Shown here piece after piece: positions 19,150-28,792 of a stretch of 64,000 bases of DNA. Location of the stretch: positions 2,944,001 to 3,008,000 of the forward strand of contig CAXXMD010000003.1 of NCBI GenBank assembly GCA_963675755.2, read 5' to 3'. The notes under the pieces were generated by a model that saw only the letters and a list, made by a program, of their open reading frames with translations, had not been told where the DNA came from and made no database searches. Both the position numbers and the translations under genes were made by a program. Positions within the stretch are counted from its first letter, which is position 1, and each line of letters begins with the position of its first letter. The stretch is from a bacterium (GTDB lineage Bacteria; Zhuqueibacterota; Zhuqueibacteria; Residuimicrobiales; Krinioviventaceae).

Positions 19150-20544
19150 CTAGTTATGTATTTCTGTGCGTTTCAAAAATAATGCCCTTGATTTACCATA
19201 TTCGGCAAAAGCTCTCCAATCCTGTCTTTCTTCTTTCACTTTGATCATATTTTTCATAATGTCCATTTCAGCCAGCATGCTTTGGAAATTTTGACGTTCG
19301 GTCTGGATTTGTCTCATCAATTCATTACGAGTTTGATTTATCTCGTGTTTTTCCAGCTGTAAATAATCTGGCGCTTCAGTATCAGGCGTTAATTGGATCA
19401 GGTTGAGCAATTTTGTTTCAAGTACCAGTAAATCCATTTTAATTGATTCCAGTCTTCTTTCCTGAATATGAATACTGGATTCTACTTCGTTGACAATCAT
19501 GGGTACTAGCTCACGCTTTGGTAAGCTATTTACCAAATATTCGTATACTTTGAGGGCTTCATCGTATAACCCTAATTTTAAATAACATCTTCCCAATAAA
19601 AAGAAACCTTCCTGGGTATTTTCATCTTCATTCGGCATGGATACCAGGTCAGTTAATGGATCTACCGCAAGTTGATATTGTTTCATCTTGGTTGCGGCCC
19701 ATCCTGCAGCTAACAACGCACTTTTATAATGGTTATGTTTTGAAGATACTGCTCTGAAATTACCCAAAGCTCTCTGGTAATAACCCAATTCATAATAGAT
19801 ATAACCGAGTGTCAGGTAGGTTTCATCAACAATATTTCTAAAATCATCATTAACGATAGGTATACGAAGAATTGAATTGAGTGAATTAACAGCTTCTCGA
19901 ACCTGACGCAAGCGCAAGTATGCAAGTGCTGCTGTATATTGTGCATATGGTGAATAGGGATTTCCCTTGTCAATCTCGGTCAATATTTCAATGGCTTTGT
20001 CATAATCGAACAGGTTGTAATAAGAAAGACCCGCGTAATATCTTGAAGCATCAAGAATGTCTCTTGAAGGATTACCTTTGGTGATGACTTTATAGAATTC
20101 GATACATTTTTCCAGATTGCCTTTATCATATTCTATTCGTTGAAGTCCTAGTAAAGCTCTGGGTAAATGAGGACTGGCAATATATTTTTTTACAAGGAAT
20201 TTAAAAATCTTTTTCGATCCATCTAGCAACCCAATTTCAAATAGACAATCACCAAGTGTAAAAACAACCTGATCGATCTTGGAGTAACTGGGGTAAAAGT
20301 CCATAAGGATAATCAGATTCCGTGAGCTTTCCCAATAATCTCCATCCATAAACATTTTTTCAGCCTCAAGATAAAGCTTTTCAGCCGCACGCTCTAGCTC
20401 TTCTGTTTCTGCTCTTTGCAGTCTGGCTTCTTTATCTTCCGGTTGAGAATATACAGCGGTTGGGAGTAAAGTCCCCCCAAGCATAATTGCTATAATTGCT
20501 GCAATCCACATTTTGGACTGTTTGGATTTATCTAAAAGGGTCAT
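19150..20544 (-). CDS. Secreted TPR protein with C-terminal coiled coil (GltC-like)
   Basis: Signal peptide, TPR repeats, LTLGYIYYELG, ALLAAGWA. Position in the operon fits. Confidence 0.72.
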   Translation of the reverse strand: MTLLDKSKQSKMWIAAIIAIMLGGTLLPTAVYSQPEDKEARLQRAETEELERAAEKLYLEAEKMFMDGDYWESSRNLIILMDFYPSYSKIDQVVFTLGDCLFEIGLLDGSKKIFKFLVKKYIASPHLPRALLGLQRIEYDKGNLEKCIEFYKVITKGNPSRDILDASRYYAGLSYYNLFDYDKAIEILTEIDKGNPYSPYAQYTAALAYLRLRQVREAVNSLNSILRIPIVNDDFRNIVDETYLTLGYIYYELGYYQRALGNFRAVSSKHNHYKSALLAAGWAATKMKQYQLAVDPLTDLVSMPNEDENTQEGFFLLGRCYLKLGLYDEALKVYEYLVNSLPKRELVPMIVNEVESSIHIQERRLESIKMDLLVLETKLLNLIQLTPDTEAPDYLQLEKHEINQTRNELMRQIQTERQNFQSMLAEMDIMKNMIKVKEERQDWRAFAEYGKSRALFLKRTEIHN

Positions 20545-20663
20545 TCGATTCTTGCTTCAAGTTGTTTGTTATATAAATATATGCCTATTTTTGCAGCACT
20601 ATTTAGAGTTATAATGTATGAATATACTCACATTAAACATCATATACGTAAATATTTTTTAAT

Positions 20664-21695
20664 TTATTCAGTTTTAGGTTTCTTTTCTTCTTCAAGTTGT
20701 TTCCGAAGTTCTTCAAGATCTTTGACAACTTCTTTACGTTTTTGTTGTATTTGGTCCAATTCTTTACGCTCTTCCTGGCGCTGGTTATCCATTTCTCTTT
20801 CTTTGCGGGTTTTACCTGCAAAGATATTGGTACGGTATGTCACTCCAAACATGACTTTCCAATCTGCATAATCTTTCATGAATGGGTTGGCAGCCAGGTT
20901 TTCATTTTCCGGGGTGAATCTGCCCAATTCAAAATCAGCAGCCAGATCACAAATCAAATGCCAGGGACCAACAAATCTAAATCCCTGTGTGAAGCGAGTA
21001 AAGTTTTGACTTGGAGTAATATCAGCATTATTGATAAACATTTCACCTGTAAATTCAGAATAGAACAGAGATGATCTTACCGGGAATTTGAATCCGAGAC
21101 CGCCTATGATCTGATCTTTTTCTGAGGAAAAGTAGGCATCAGACCAGTTGTTATCCAGATAGCCCAGGTTGATTGACAACTTCATTGGAAATGTTTTGAT
21201 ATAATCTTTGAAATCCAGCGTAGACAACAACATTAAACCCCAACCCATAGCATCATCCGTATAGGGTTCAAATTGTACATTGTGATTCAAAGCTGTTGGA
21301 AACTTGGCAAAACCAGCAAGTCCCAATTGTACCATTGAACCGTATCGGGGTAGGTGATATTTTACATACAAGCGAGAATCACCAATAGGACCCCAGGTGT
21401 GCTTTTGATCATCCTGGTAAGGGGTCAGTTGTGCAAATACTTCAAATTGTTCTGAAAGGCTAGTTGTAATACCCAAATGTAAAGCATGATCTTCACTGAA
21501 ACTTTCGTTATCTCCGGCACCGTAAAATGAATACACAGGATTAATTGCCAAAACACCCGGATGTATGGTTTCAGCTTCAATAATTCTGAACAAACCTTTG
21601 CCACCAAAATAAGAAACCTGTGCAAAGCTATTCATTGAAAAAAGTATAATGAAAATAAAAAATATTGATCCAATATTTGTCAATTTCCTGTTCAT
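20664..21695 (-). CDS. Putative outer-membrane beta-barrel protein with charged C-terminal coiled coil
   Basis: Signal peptide (SFA/Q), G..GL, GDSRLYVKY, INLGY, amphipathic strands ending FGVTY, then a K/E-rich helix. Confidence 0.65.
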   Translation of the reverse strand: MNRKLTNIGSIFFIFIILFSMNSFAQVSYFGGKGLFRIIEAETIHPGVLAINPVYSFYGAGDNESFSEDHALHLGITTSLSEQFEVFAQLTPYQDDQKHTWGPIGDSRLYVKYHLPRYGSMVQLGLAGFAKFPTALNHNVQFEPYTDDAMGWGLMLLSTLDFKDYIKTFPMKLSINLGYLDNNWSDAYFSSEKDQIIGGLGFKFPVRSSLFYSEFTGEMFINNADITPSQNFTRFTQGFRFVGPWHLICDLAADFELGRFTPENENLAANPFMKDYADWKVMFGVTYRTNIFAGKTRKEREMDNQRQEERKELDQIQQKRKEVVKDLEELRKQLEEEKKPKTE

Positions 21696-21822
21696 TCTCT
21701 ATTCTCCCTTGTTCGGAGTTAAATATAATAAATGTATTGTAATACTTGACTAAACATATAATTTAAAACTTGTATTGCAAAATTCCAATAATAAATTTAG
21801 TTTTGGGATTTTTTCAATAACC

Positions 21823-23979
21823 CTACAACATCCCAAACTTTTTGCGCAAAAACCATTCCAATGAAAGCAAAGTGATTATAGTTATTAGAATTATTTTATG
21901 GTTCCAAACATCTACTTGAAAAGTGTTTGTGATTTCCCGAGTTTGACCATCAATTTCAGAAAAAAGTAAATTCAAAGAATCAGGATGTATAAATTTCCCA
22001 CCGCTTTTTGCTGCTAACTCTTTTAAAACAGAGACTTGGAGCCTTGTGTTTGCCAGCTCAGAGTTATAATTGCCCATGCTGAAAAGGGCTGTATTGTGCT
22101 TGTCCTTAGGCAGGGAGGGTGTTTCAAGATTTAGCTGGTAATCACCAGACTCGTCCAGATAGATAGTTTTTGTAAATTGATTTTCTTTGTTAGGGTCCAA
22201 TTGCAGGTACTCTGTTTCATTTTCGTGATCAAGCTGTAATGTGATTTCATTTTTGTAATTGCTAATTGCATCTGGGTTATTGATGCTTACATGAATATGA
22301 ACGGGATCACCAAAGTTGTAATTCTTTTTATCTGTAGATATTTTTAACCAGTCAGTCTCTTTTTTTACTTCAAGCCACTGTAGAGAATTCAGAATAAAGT
22401 TCTCGTAAACCTTGTCATCATTTTCTACCCCTCTCATCATCAAGTCCCAACGCCATGTATCATATGCCAGTAACGCTTCAGATTTGTGATTGTTTTCATT
22501 TCTCACAAGAACCAAAGGTAGTGCTTGTTGTTCTAAAGCACCTGTTCCTGCCTGCGCCAAAACCTGTGTTCCCGGCCACATATTGGTTATATATACATCT
22601 GTAAATGCAGGTGGAAGCTTTTGCCAGTTGTAATAATTATCACCGGATGCATTTGTGCTCAGCATTATGGGGTGGCTTTTACCATTAGCAGTTAACGTTG
22701 GAGAAATTTGAGTGAATTTTGTTTTGTTAACAGGTGATTTAAAAGGCAGAAATTCTTGCAGGCTACTCAACTGATTAAAGTCTGTATTGGGGCCAGAAAT
22801 AAAAAAGATCGGTTTTTTATCCGCTTTCAAGCGTTCAGATATTTGATTGATAATTGATTTATTACTGTTTGTAACAGGATAATTAAATAAAATAAACAGA
22901 TCTGTTTCTTGTAAAAGTGTAGGCACATCTATTTCAGTTTTATAAAAACTGCCATCTTTTTTTTGAACAAGTTTGGTTATTTGATAACGATCCGTATTTT
23001 GAATATATCTGTTAATAAAAGAAATATCCGTGGCTGGGCCACCGGCAACAAGTGTTACATTTTGTTTGGCTTTTAATACTTCATGATAAATTGTATATGT
23101 ATTATTTTGGCTTAGAAATTCATCTGACTGCTGAGGAATTGATACGGTTACTTTATGCTGTCCTTCTTTTTCCGGAGTGTAATTCATTTCAAGATTAACT
23201 TCGGAAGGAGAGGAGGGAATGGTTAAGGTTTGGGTCTGTTGAGATTTTCCATCAATGTACAAGGATACGGGAACTACCAGATTGCTAAAACCTGTAGTGC
23301 GGATTGTAATAATAAATTCTGCAGGTTCATTTACATATGTAAAGGGATTGGTTTGAACATAGTCGATGCTGATATCCCGAATGGGATTCGCAGAACCAAT
23401 ACCCACCGGATATACAGGGATTGATGATTCTGTAGCAAATCGGGCAGGACTGCCACCTTGATTATAATTTCCATCGGTATAGATAACAATTGCTGAGAGA
23501 TTATTATTTTCCTGATCCTGATTGATGTAATTCAATGCTTTGCTGATATTGGTGACATCGCCTGTGAAATCTTGAATGATTTCTTTATTCTCTTTAACAG
23601 GTTGAACATCACCAGAGAATGTATAATATTTTAACTTGAACTTGTTTAATAATTGATCAAATACAGGATCATTTGCAGCTTTTTCTAAAAGACTGACACG
23701 GTCACCACTGGCATCTTTTATTGACATGCTTTTGCTGTTATCTATTGCAATGCCAATAACCGGTTCAAGCTGTTTTTTGGTATTGTAATAAAGTTGCCCC
23801 TGAAATAGTACAATGAATAACAAGAAAAAAGCGATCCCGCGTAAAAATGCAAGGATAAGTTTAGAGTAAAGTGGTACAGCCGGAACTGTTTTGCGATAAA
23901 CAAATAAAGTAAATATTATTGAGATAATAAGGGTAATGATAAAAATTTCGATGTGTTGTATAAACAAGCTGTAATGCAT
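21823..23979 (-). CDS. Membrane-anchored VWA-domain protein with Ig-like and GATase-like domains
   Basis: Two N-terminal TMs, IDNSKSM MIDAS, TDG, C-terminal TM with LEWFLRKKFG. Confidence 0.8.
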   Translation of the reverse strand: MHYSLFIQHIEIFIITLIISIIFTLFVYRKTVPAVPLYSKLILAFLRGIAFFLLFIVLFQGQLYYNTKKQLEPVIGIAIDNSKSMSIKDASGDRVSLLEKAANDPVFDQLLNKFKLKYYTFSGDVQPVKENKEIIQDFTGDVTNISKALNYINQDQENNNLSAIVIYTDGNYNQGGSPARFATESSIPVYPVGIGSANPIRDISIDYVQTNPFTYVNEPAEFIITIRTTGFSNLVVPVSLYIDGKSQQTQTLTIPSSPSEVNLEMNYTPEKEGQHKVTVSIPQQSDEFLSQNNTYTIYHEVLKAKQNVTLVAGGPATDISFINRYIQNTDRYQITKLVQKKDGSFYKTEIDVPTLLQETDLFILFNYPVTNSNKSIINQISERLKADKKPIFFISGPNTDFNQLSSLQEFLPFKSPVNKTKFTQISPTLTANGKSHPIMLSTNASGDNYYNWQKLPPAFTDVYITNMWPGTQVLAQAGTGALEQQALPLVLVRNENNHKSEALLAYDTWRWDLMMRGVENDDKVYENFILNSLQWLEVKKETDWLKISTDKKNYNFGDPVHIHVSINNPDAISNYKNEITLQLDHENETEYLQLDPNKENQFTKTIYLDESGDYQLNLETPSLPKDKHNTALFSMGNYNSELANTRLQVSVLKELAAKSGGKFIHPDSLNLLFSEIDGQTREITNTFQVDVWNHKIILITIITLLSLEWFLRKKFGML

Positions 23980-24000
23980 AATTTATCTATATCCTTAATC

Positions 24001-25005
24001 TCAATTGCCTGCCAGTGCAAGGTTGGGCACAGCATCCAATTCAAAATCTGACAATTCTCCATTCTGTAAATGATAGTATCCGGCACGGGCAATCATGGCT
24101 GCATTGTCTGTACACAGCTCTGGGTCGGGTACATAGAAATTAACTTTAGAATTTTCGCAATGTTCCTCAAATGTTTTTCGAAGTGTATTGTTTCTTACAA
24201 CACCACCAGCAAGGATGAGTGTTGAACAGTTGAACTGTTCAAGTGCCTGAATGCTTTTTTTCAAGAGCACATCAATAACCGCATATTGAAAACTTGCACA
24301 GATGTCTGGAATTGACAAAGGATTATTTTTTCTTTTTTCTGATTCTATATAATATAATACAGATGTTTTTAATCCACTAAAGCTAAAGTTGAAATTATTT
24401 TTTTCCATCAAAGCACGTGGAAAATCAATGGCATTGGGATCACCTTGCTTTGCTGATTTTTCAACTGCCGGACCGCCCGGGTATCCTAAACCAATGATCT
24501 TGGCGACTTTGTCAAAGGCTTCACCTGCTGCATCGTCAATAGTTTGTCCTATGATTTTGTAATCGAGCGGACTTTTAATATGTACCAAAATGGTGTGCCC
24601 ACCTGAAGCAACCAGGCCAATAGCAGGGTATTGGATATTTTGTTCATTTGCATGCACTGCCAGCAAATGACCCTCAATATGATTCACGCCAATAAAAGGA
24701 ATGTTTAAACGAAGAGCAAGGCTCTTTGCAAAACACATTCCAACCAGTAGAGAGCCTGCCAGTCCCGGTCCATTTGTTACAGCAATAGAATCTATTTCCT
24801 GATACGAGATACCGGCATTTTTTACAGCAAGCTGTACAATAGGGACTATTTTTTGTATGTGGGCGCGTGATGCAAATTCGGGAACGACGCCACCATATTG
24901 CTCATGAATATGCTGAGTTGCAATAATATTACTTTTTATATGTGTATCATCAACCAGTGATGCGCTTGTTTCATCACAGGATGTTTCTATACCTAAAACG
25001 ATCAT
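24001..25005 (-). CDS. tsaD: tRNA N6-adenosine threonylcarbamoyltransferase TsaD
   Basis: LGIETSCDET, GGVVPE.ASRAH, HIEGH, SGGHT, DDAAGEAFDK, TDNAAMI. Confidence 0.97.
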   Translation of the reverse strand: MIVLGIETSCDETSASLVDDTHIKSNIIATQHIHEQYGGVVPEFASRAHIQKIVPIVQLAVKNAGISYQEIDSIAVTNGPGLAGSLLVGMCFAKSLALRLNIPFIGVNHIEGHLLAVHANEQNIQYPAIGLVASGGHTILVHIKSPLDYKIIGQTIDDAAGEAFDKVAKIIGLGYPGGPAVEKSAKQGDPNAIDFPRALMEKNNFNFSFSGLKTSVLYYIESEKRKNNPLSIPDICASFQYAVIDVLLKKSIQALEQFNCSTLILAGGVVRNNTLRKTFEEHCENSKVNFYVPDPELCTDNAAMIARAGYYHLQNGELSDFELDAVPNLALAGN

Positions 25006-25008
25006 TTA

Positions 25009-25974
25009 TCAGTCTCTTTTTAAAATTATTTTAAAGCGTTGCGGCTCAATATTCGTAAAACGGACACCGGGTAATGGTTTTATATAAGCGGGAAAATTTT
25101 GTTGACTGTTCGGTCTTTGTTTTTGATAATCAATATAAGCATCTATATCTGTTTCATTAATTGGAAACACTACATTTACACCACCCTGAACTACAAGAGA
25201 TAGGTTTGAGGGGATTACCAGTGCTGTAACATTAGGTGGCAGGTTTTTAACTTTGACTGTAATATTATTAATCTGTTTTTCCATTAATTTTTGAACATCA
25301 GCGCTAACTGTCACTTTGGTTGTTAATAAATCAAGATGTTGAATTTGTGGATCAATCAGTTCAAGTTGTCTTTCAATGGGGTATTTCAGGTCACTCAGTT
25401 CAAGACGTTTTGATTGGATTGTATCTATAGAATCAATCATAGATTTAGGAGCGCGAATCAATACCTCTTCCGGCTCGACTTTAACTTCATCAACAATTGT
25501 AAATCCATTTTGAGGCTTTAAAAAGATTTCTGTTTTAACCTTTACAGACTTTGTTTCTAATTTTTCAATATTAAGCTGCAAAGAGTCTGGCTCCAGATAT
25601 TTTAAAACAGAGATCTTTTTTGCATTCCCCGACAATGAAATGTTTTCCAAAGTTGGATGGATTGTGTGTAAGCCGGGTTCCCAATTGGGTTCTATACGCA
25701 GCTTACCTTCATTAAAGAGTAGGTAGGTCAATAAATGAATGCCTTGACCACGCAGCAATACCTTGCCGGTTTTTTGGTAATCGTTTGTTACAATATAATC
25801 GTTACGAGTACCCGGACAAGTGATTTGAATAGGGGCTTCATAATCAAAAGTTCCACCGGTAACAATAAAAAACCATACAGTGGTTGCTATAAAAGTTGAG
25901 GCAATTTTAACCCGGTGTTTCTCCCAAAAGTTATTGTTTCGGGAAAACAAGACATTTTTATTCAATAAATTCAA
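25009..25974 (-). CDS. YbbR/CdaR-like membrane-anchored protein
   Basis: KI.S..IA...WFFI TM followed by repeated beta-rich YbbR-like modules (VEPEEV.IR.P, IPS.LS.VVQG). Confidence 0.75.
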   Translation of the reverse strand: MNLLNKNVLFSRNNNFWEKHRVKIASTFIATTVWFFIVTGGTFDYEAPIQITCPGTRNDYIVTNDYQKTGKVLLRGQGIHLLTYLLFNEGKLRIEPNWEPGLHTIHPTLENISLSGNAKKISVLKYLEPDSLQLNIEKLETKSVKVKTEIFLKPQNGFTIVDEVKVEPEEVLIRAPKSMIDSIDTIQSKRLELSDLKYPIERQLELIDPQIQHLDLLTTKVTVSADVQKLMEKQINNITVKVKNLPPNVTALVIPSNLSLVVQGGVNVVFPINETDIDAYIDYQKQRPNSQQNFPAYIKPLPGVRFTNIEPQRFKIILKRD

Positions 25975-26025
25975 TTTCGGCTAACCGATAATTATCCGCT
26001 AAAGCAACATATGCATAAAATGCTA

Positions 26026-26217
26026 TTATTTGGTTGATTCCTTGATACCTTTCCCCAAGCTGATTTCTCCATTGTCAATGCGGATATTGAAACCACAGTC
26101 CGGATTAGTGCAAACCCAGGCTTTATATTCAATGGTTGCTCCATCTCTTCCGTAATCTGAAAGCGGGACCAGAATGCCAACATTGCATTTTAAACATTTA
26201 GGATAACTGTTTTCCAC
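26026..26217 (-). CDS. Small zinc-ribbon protein of unknown function
   Basis: CLKC...CTNPDC with PLSDYG and YKAW. GTG start with AAGGA SD. Confidence 0.75.
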   Translation of the reverse strand: MENSYPKCLKCNVGILVPLSDYGRDGATIEYKAWVCTNPDCGFNIRIDNGEISLGKGIKESTK

Positions 26218-26355
26218 GGTATTTTCCTTATATTGTGGTAAATTTTTACTTTAGGAAACACTTAATTTAGTAAAATAATTCATCTGAATTATAAAATCAA
26301 CTCTTTTTATGCAAATATTTAAGTTTTTACCAGATAGTAAAATAAAGGAAAGGAT

Positions 26356-26379
26356 AAAAGGGGAAATAAGATTTCCCCT
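26356..26379 (-). terminator. Intrinsic terminator after rplI
   Basis: Minus strand AGGGGAAAT-ctt-ATTTCCCCT followed by TTT. Confidence 0.7.
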
Positions 26380-26415
26380 CGAATTTTCCTAATAAATAGA
26401 AAAACCAAAAAGCAA

Positions 26416-26859
26416 TTAGGAGCGTACTACCCAAATTTTAATTTTAACTTCAACTTCGGGATGTAATTTTACAGGAACATCGTAAACACCCAAAGCTTTC
26501 AGTGGTTCTTCAAGAATGATTTTTTTACGATCAATATCGTAATTTTGTTCTTTGAGTAGATCAGCAATATTCTGATTTGTTATGGCGCCAAAAACTTTAT
26601 CATCTTCACCAACCTGAACAGAAGCAGTGATAGATACTTTTTCAAGTTTAGCTGCCAGTTCTTCAGCTTCCTGTTTGCCCTTGAGCGCTTTTTTCTCTAT
26701 CAATTTAATTTCTTCTTTAAAAGCTTTCATATTAGATGCAGTGGCAGCAATTGCTTTTGAAGAAGGGATTAAATAATTTCTGGCATAGCCGGTTTTTACT
26801 TCTACAACTTCTCCGGCTTTTCCCAGAGTTTCGATATTTTCTTTTAATATTATTTTCAT
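26416..26859 (-). CDS. rplI: 50S ribosomal protein L9
   Basis: MKIILKE..ETLGKAGEVVEVKTGYARNYLIP, FGAIT, LHPEV. Confidence 0.97.
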   Translation of the reverse strand: MKIILKENIETLGKAGEVVEVKTGYARNYLIPSSKAIAATASNMKAFKEEIKLIEKKALKGKQEAEELAAKLEKVSITASVQVGEDDKVFGAITNQNIADLLKEQNYDIDRKKIILEEPLKALGVYDVPVKLHPEVEVKIKIWVVRS

Positions 26860-26877
26860 AGTCCCTTTCCCAGTTTT

Positions 26878-27099
26878 TTATTTCGTCAAGTCTGCAACAT
26901 ACGGAACTAGTGCGAGTTCTCTTGCTAACTTAATAGCAGATACAAGCTGGCGTTGATGTTTTGCACAAGTACCGGAAGTTCTTCTGGGAATAATTTTTCC
27001 CTGTTCTGTGGTGAAGCGTTGTAAACGTTTTTCGTCTTTATAATCAATGTAAAGAATTTTTTCTTCACAAAATCTGCACATTCGTTTCTTTTTGAGCAT
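26878..27099 (-). CDS. rpsR: 30S ribosomal protein S18 (Zn-binding C+ type)
   Basis: [28 protein letters not shown] 27099 after AAGGAG. Confidence 0.96.
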   Translation of the reverse strand: MLKKKRMCRFCEEKILYIDYKDEKRLQRFTTEQGKIIPRRTSGTCAKHQRQLVSAIKLARELALVPYVADLTK

Positions 27100-27115
27100 A
27101 TACACTCCTTTAAAA

Positions 27116-27655
27116 TTATAGATTTAGATTTTTGTAACCAAAATCAAAATCTGTAGGTTTTACTTTAATGTCATTGGGTTCAGAATCTCTACCTGCTTGT
27201 AGTTCCTCATTGTTTACATCATCATTTTGAGGTTTATCTTCAATAGCTTCAGTCTCTATATCCTTGTAACTATTTTGATCAGGCATGGTTTCCTCAACTT
27301 CCGTCAGTACCTGTCTATCTAGAAATTGTATTCTACGCGCTCTAATTTCAACTACATTTCGAGTTGTTCCATCTTCGTTTTTCCAGCTTCTGCTTTGCAG
27401 CTCGCCGTCAACAAGAATGGAACTGCCACGCTTTAAAACTTCATTACAGGCATCGGCAAGTTTGTGCCAGGCAACAATTCCGACGTAACATACGTTTTCA
27501 CGCCAGATACCAGAATTATCACGATACTTTCGGTTTGAGGCAATATAGAAATTTGCAACAGAAGTACCGTTGCTTGTTTTTCTGAACGTTGGATCACCTG
27601 TCAAGTTGCCTGCTATTAAGACATTGTTAATGTCGGGCATTTTTAGTTCAGACAT
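27116..27655 (-). CDS. ssb: Single-stranded DNA-binding protein
   Basis: [21 protein letters not shown]. rpsF-ssb-rpsR synteny. Confidence 0.94.
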   Translation of the reverse strand: MSELKMPDINNVLIAGNLTGDPTFRKTSNGTSVANFYIASNRKYRDNSGIWRENVCYVGIVAWHKLADACNEVLKRGSSILVDGELQSRSWKNEDGTTRNVVEIRARRIQFLDRQVLTEVEETMPDQNSYKDIETEAIEDKPQNDDVNNEELQAGRDSEPNDIKVKPTDFDFGYKNLNL

Positions 27656-27699
27656 AATTGGCTCCTATAACCAGTTCAATTTCTGGTGTTGCTGCAAGT

Positions 27700-28176
27700 T
27701 TATTTTTCTTCAGTTTCAGTCTCAGTCTCTGATTCTTGAGCTTTTTCTTCAGCTGCTGGCTCTTCTGCTGTTTTTACTTCTTCAGCAACAGGTGCCGCAG
27801 GAGCTGCTTTTGTTTCTTCTTTTGGTTCTTCAGCTTTTTCAGTAACTACTGGTGCCTGAGATAATTTTTTCTCAAGTGCTTTTAACGCCATAGTAGTTAA
27901 TAAAATGGTCTTGTAACGCAAGATCGATTCATTCAGGCGGTATTCGCGTTCAAGAGGTTTGATCATTGTCGGTAGTCCGTCAAAACGGATTAAGACATAA
28001 TAACCATACTGACGTTTTTTGATTTCATAGCTGAGTCTTTTTTTACCCCAGCGTTCAATTGTTTCGATTTGTCCGCCATTTGCAGAAATGAATTTTTCGT
28101 ATTTTGTAATAATATTATCAATTTCATCCGGCTTTAGAAGTGAATCGATGACAAATACAGTTTCGTATTTTCTCAA
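27700..28176 (-). CDS. rpsF: 30S ribosomal protein S6 with acidic, Ala-rich tail
   Basis: RKYETVF, WGKKRLSYEIKK, GYY. TTG start with AGGAGG. Confidence 0.96.
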   Translation of the reverse strand: MRKYETVFVIDSLLKPDEIDNIITKYEKFISANGGQIETIERWGKKRLSYEIKKRQYGYYVLIRFDGLPTMIKPLEREYRLNESILRYKTILLTTMALKALEKKLSQAPVVTEKAEEPKEETKAAPAAPVAEEVKTAEEPAAEEKAQESETETETEEK

Positions 28177-28178
28177 GT

Positions 28179-28778
28179 TTATTCCTCCTGATAGGATTTG
28201 GGTTTTAGTTTGGCATTGAAAATACTCATACTTTTTTCCAAACCATCGTTAATAAAACTGTTTACGGCACTGTTAACGTGCTCTAAAATATCTGCTAGTT
28301 CTTTACGTTCTGCCCTTGAAAACTTGGACAAAACAAAATGAACCATATTGTTTTTTAATTTTTCTGATCCAATACCTATACGAAGTCTGGGGATGTCAGG
28401 TGTTCCCATTTCCTGAATTATGGATTCAAGACCATTGTGTCCGCCTGAGCTCCCTTTGCCACGAATTCGAATTCTACCAAACTCGAGTGAAACATCGTCA
28501 TAGATAATTAAAACATGATCAGGGTTTATGTTATAGTCCTTTGCTATGGCCGATACTGCGAGGCCACTACGATTCATGTATGTCAATGGCTTTACGTATG
28601 TAAAGGTGAAGCCATCTTGATTTACGGTGTAAATTGTTGACATATATGAGTTGGTTTTCAAAGAACTTTTCATTGATTTTACAATAGCATCGATAGCCAT
28701 AAAACCAATATTGTGTCGGGTTTTTTTATACCGAAAACCGGGATTACCTAACCCAACTATAAGATAATGATCTGACAT
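28179..28778 (-). CDS. pth: Peptidyl-tRNA hydrolase
   Basis: VGLGNPG, TRHNIGF, KPLTYMNRSG, GGHNGL. Confidence 0.96.
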   Translation of the reverse strand: MSDHYLIVGLGNPGFRYKKTRHNIGFMAIDAIVKSMKSSLKTNSYMSTIYTVNQDGFTFTYVKPLTYMNRSGLAVSAIAKDYNINPDHVLIIYDDVSLEFGRIRIRGKGSSGGHNGLESIIQEMGTPDIPRLRIGIGSEKLKNNMVHFVLSKFSRAERKELADILEHVNSAVNSFINDGLEKSMSIFNAKLKPKSYQEE

Positions 28779-28792
28779 GAATCTCTGAATAA

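Noticed and set aside
25992-26183. Alternative-frame 63-aa ORF
   Set aside because: Overlaps the zinc-ribbon ORF, which has the SD and Cys motifs.
27700-27850. Short tandem repeats (GAGACT/GAAACT) at the rpsF 3' end
   Set aside because: They encode the low-complexity Glu/Thr/Ala tail that is common on S6.
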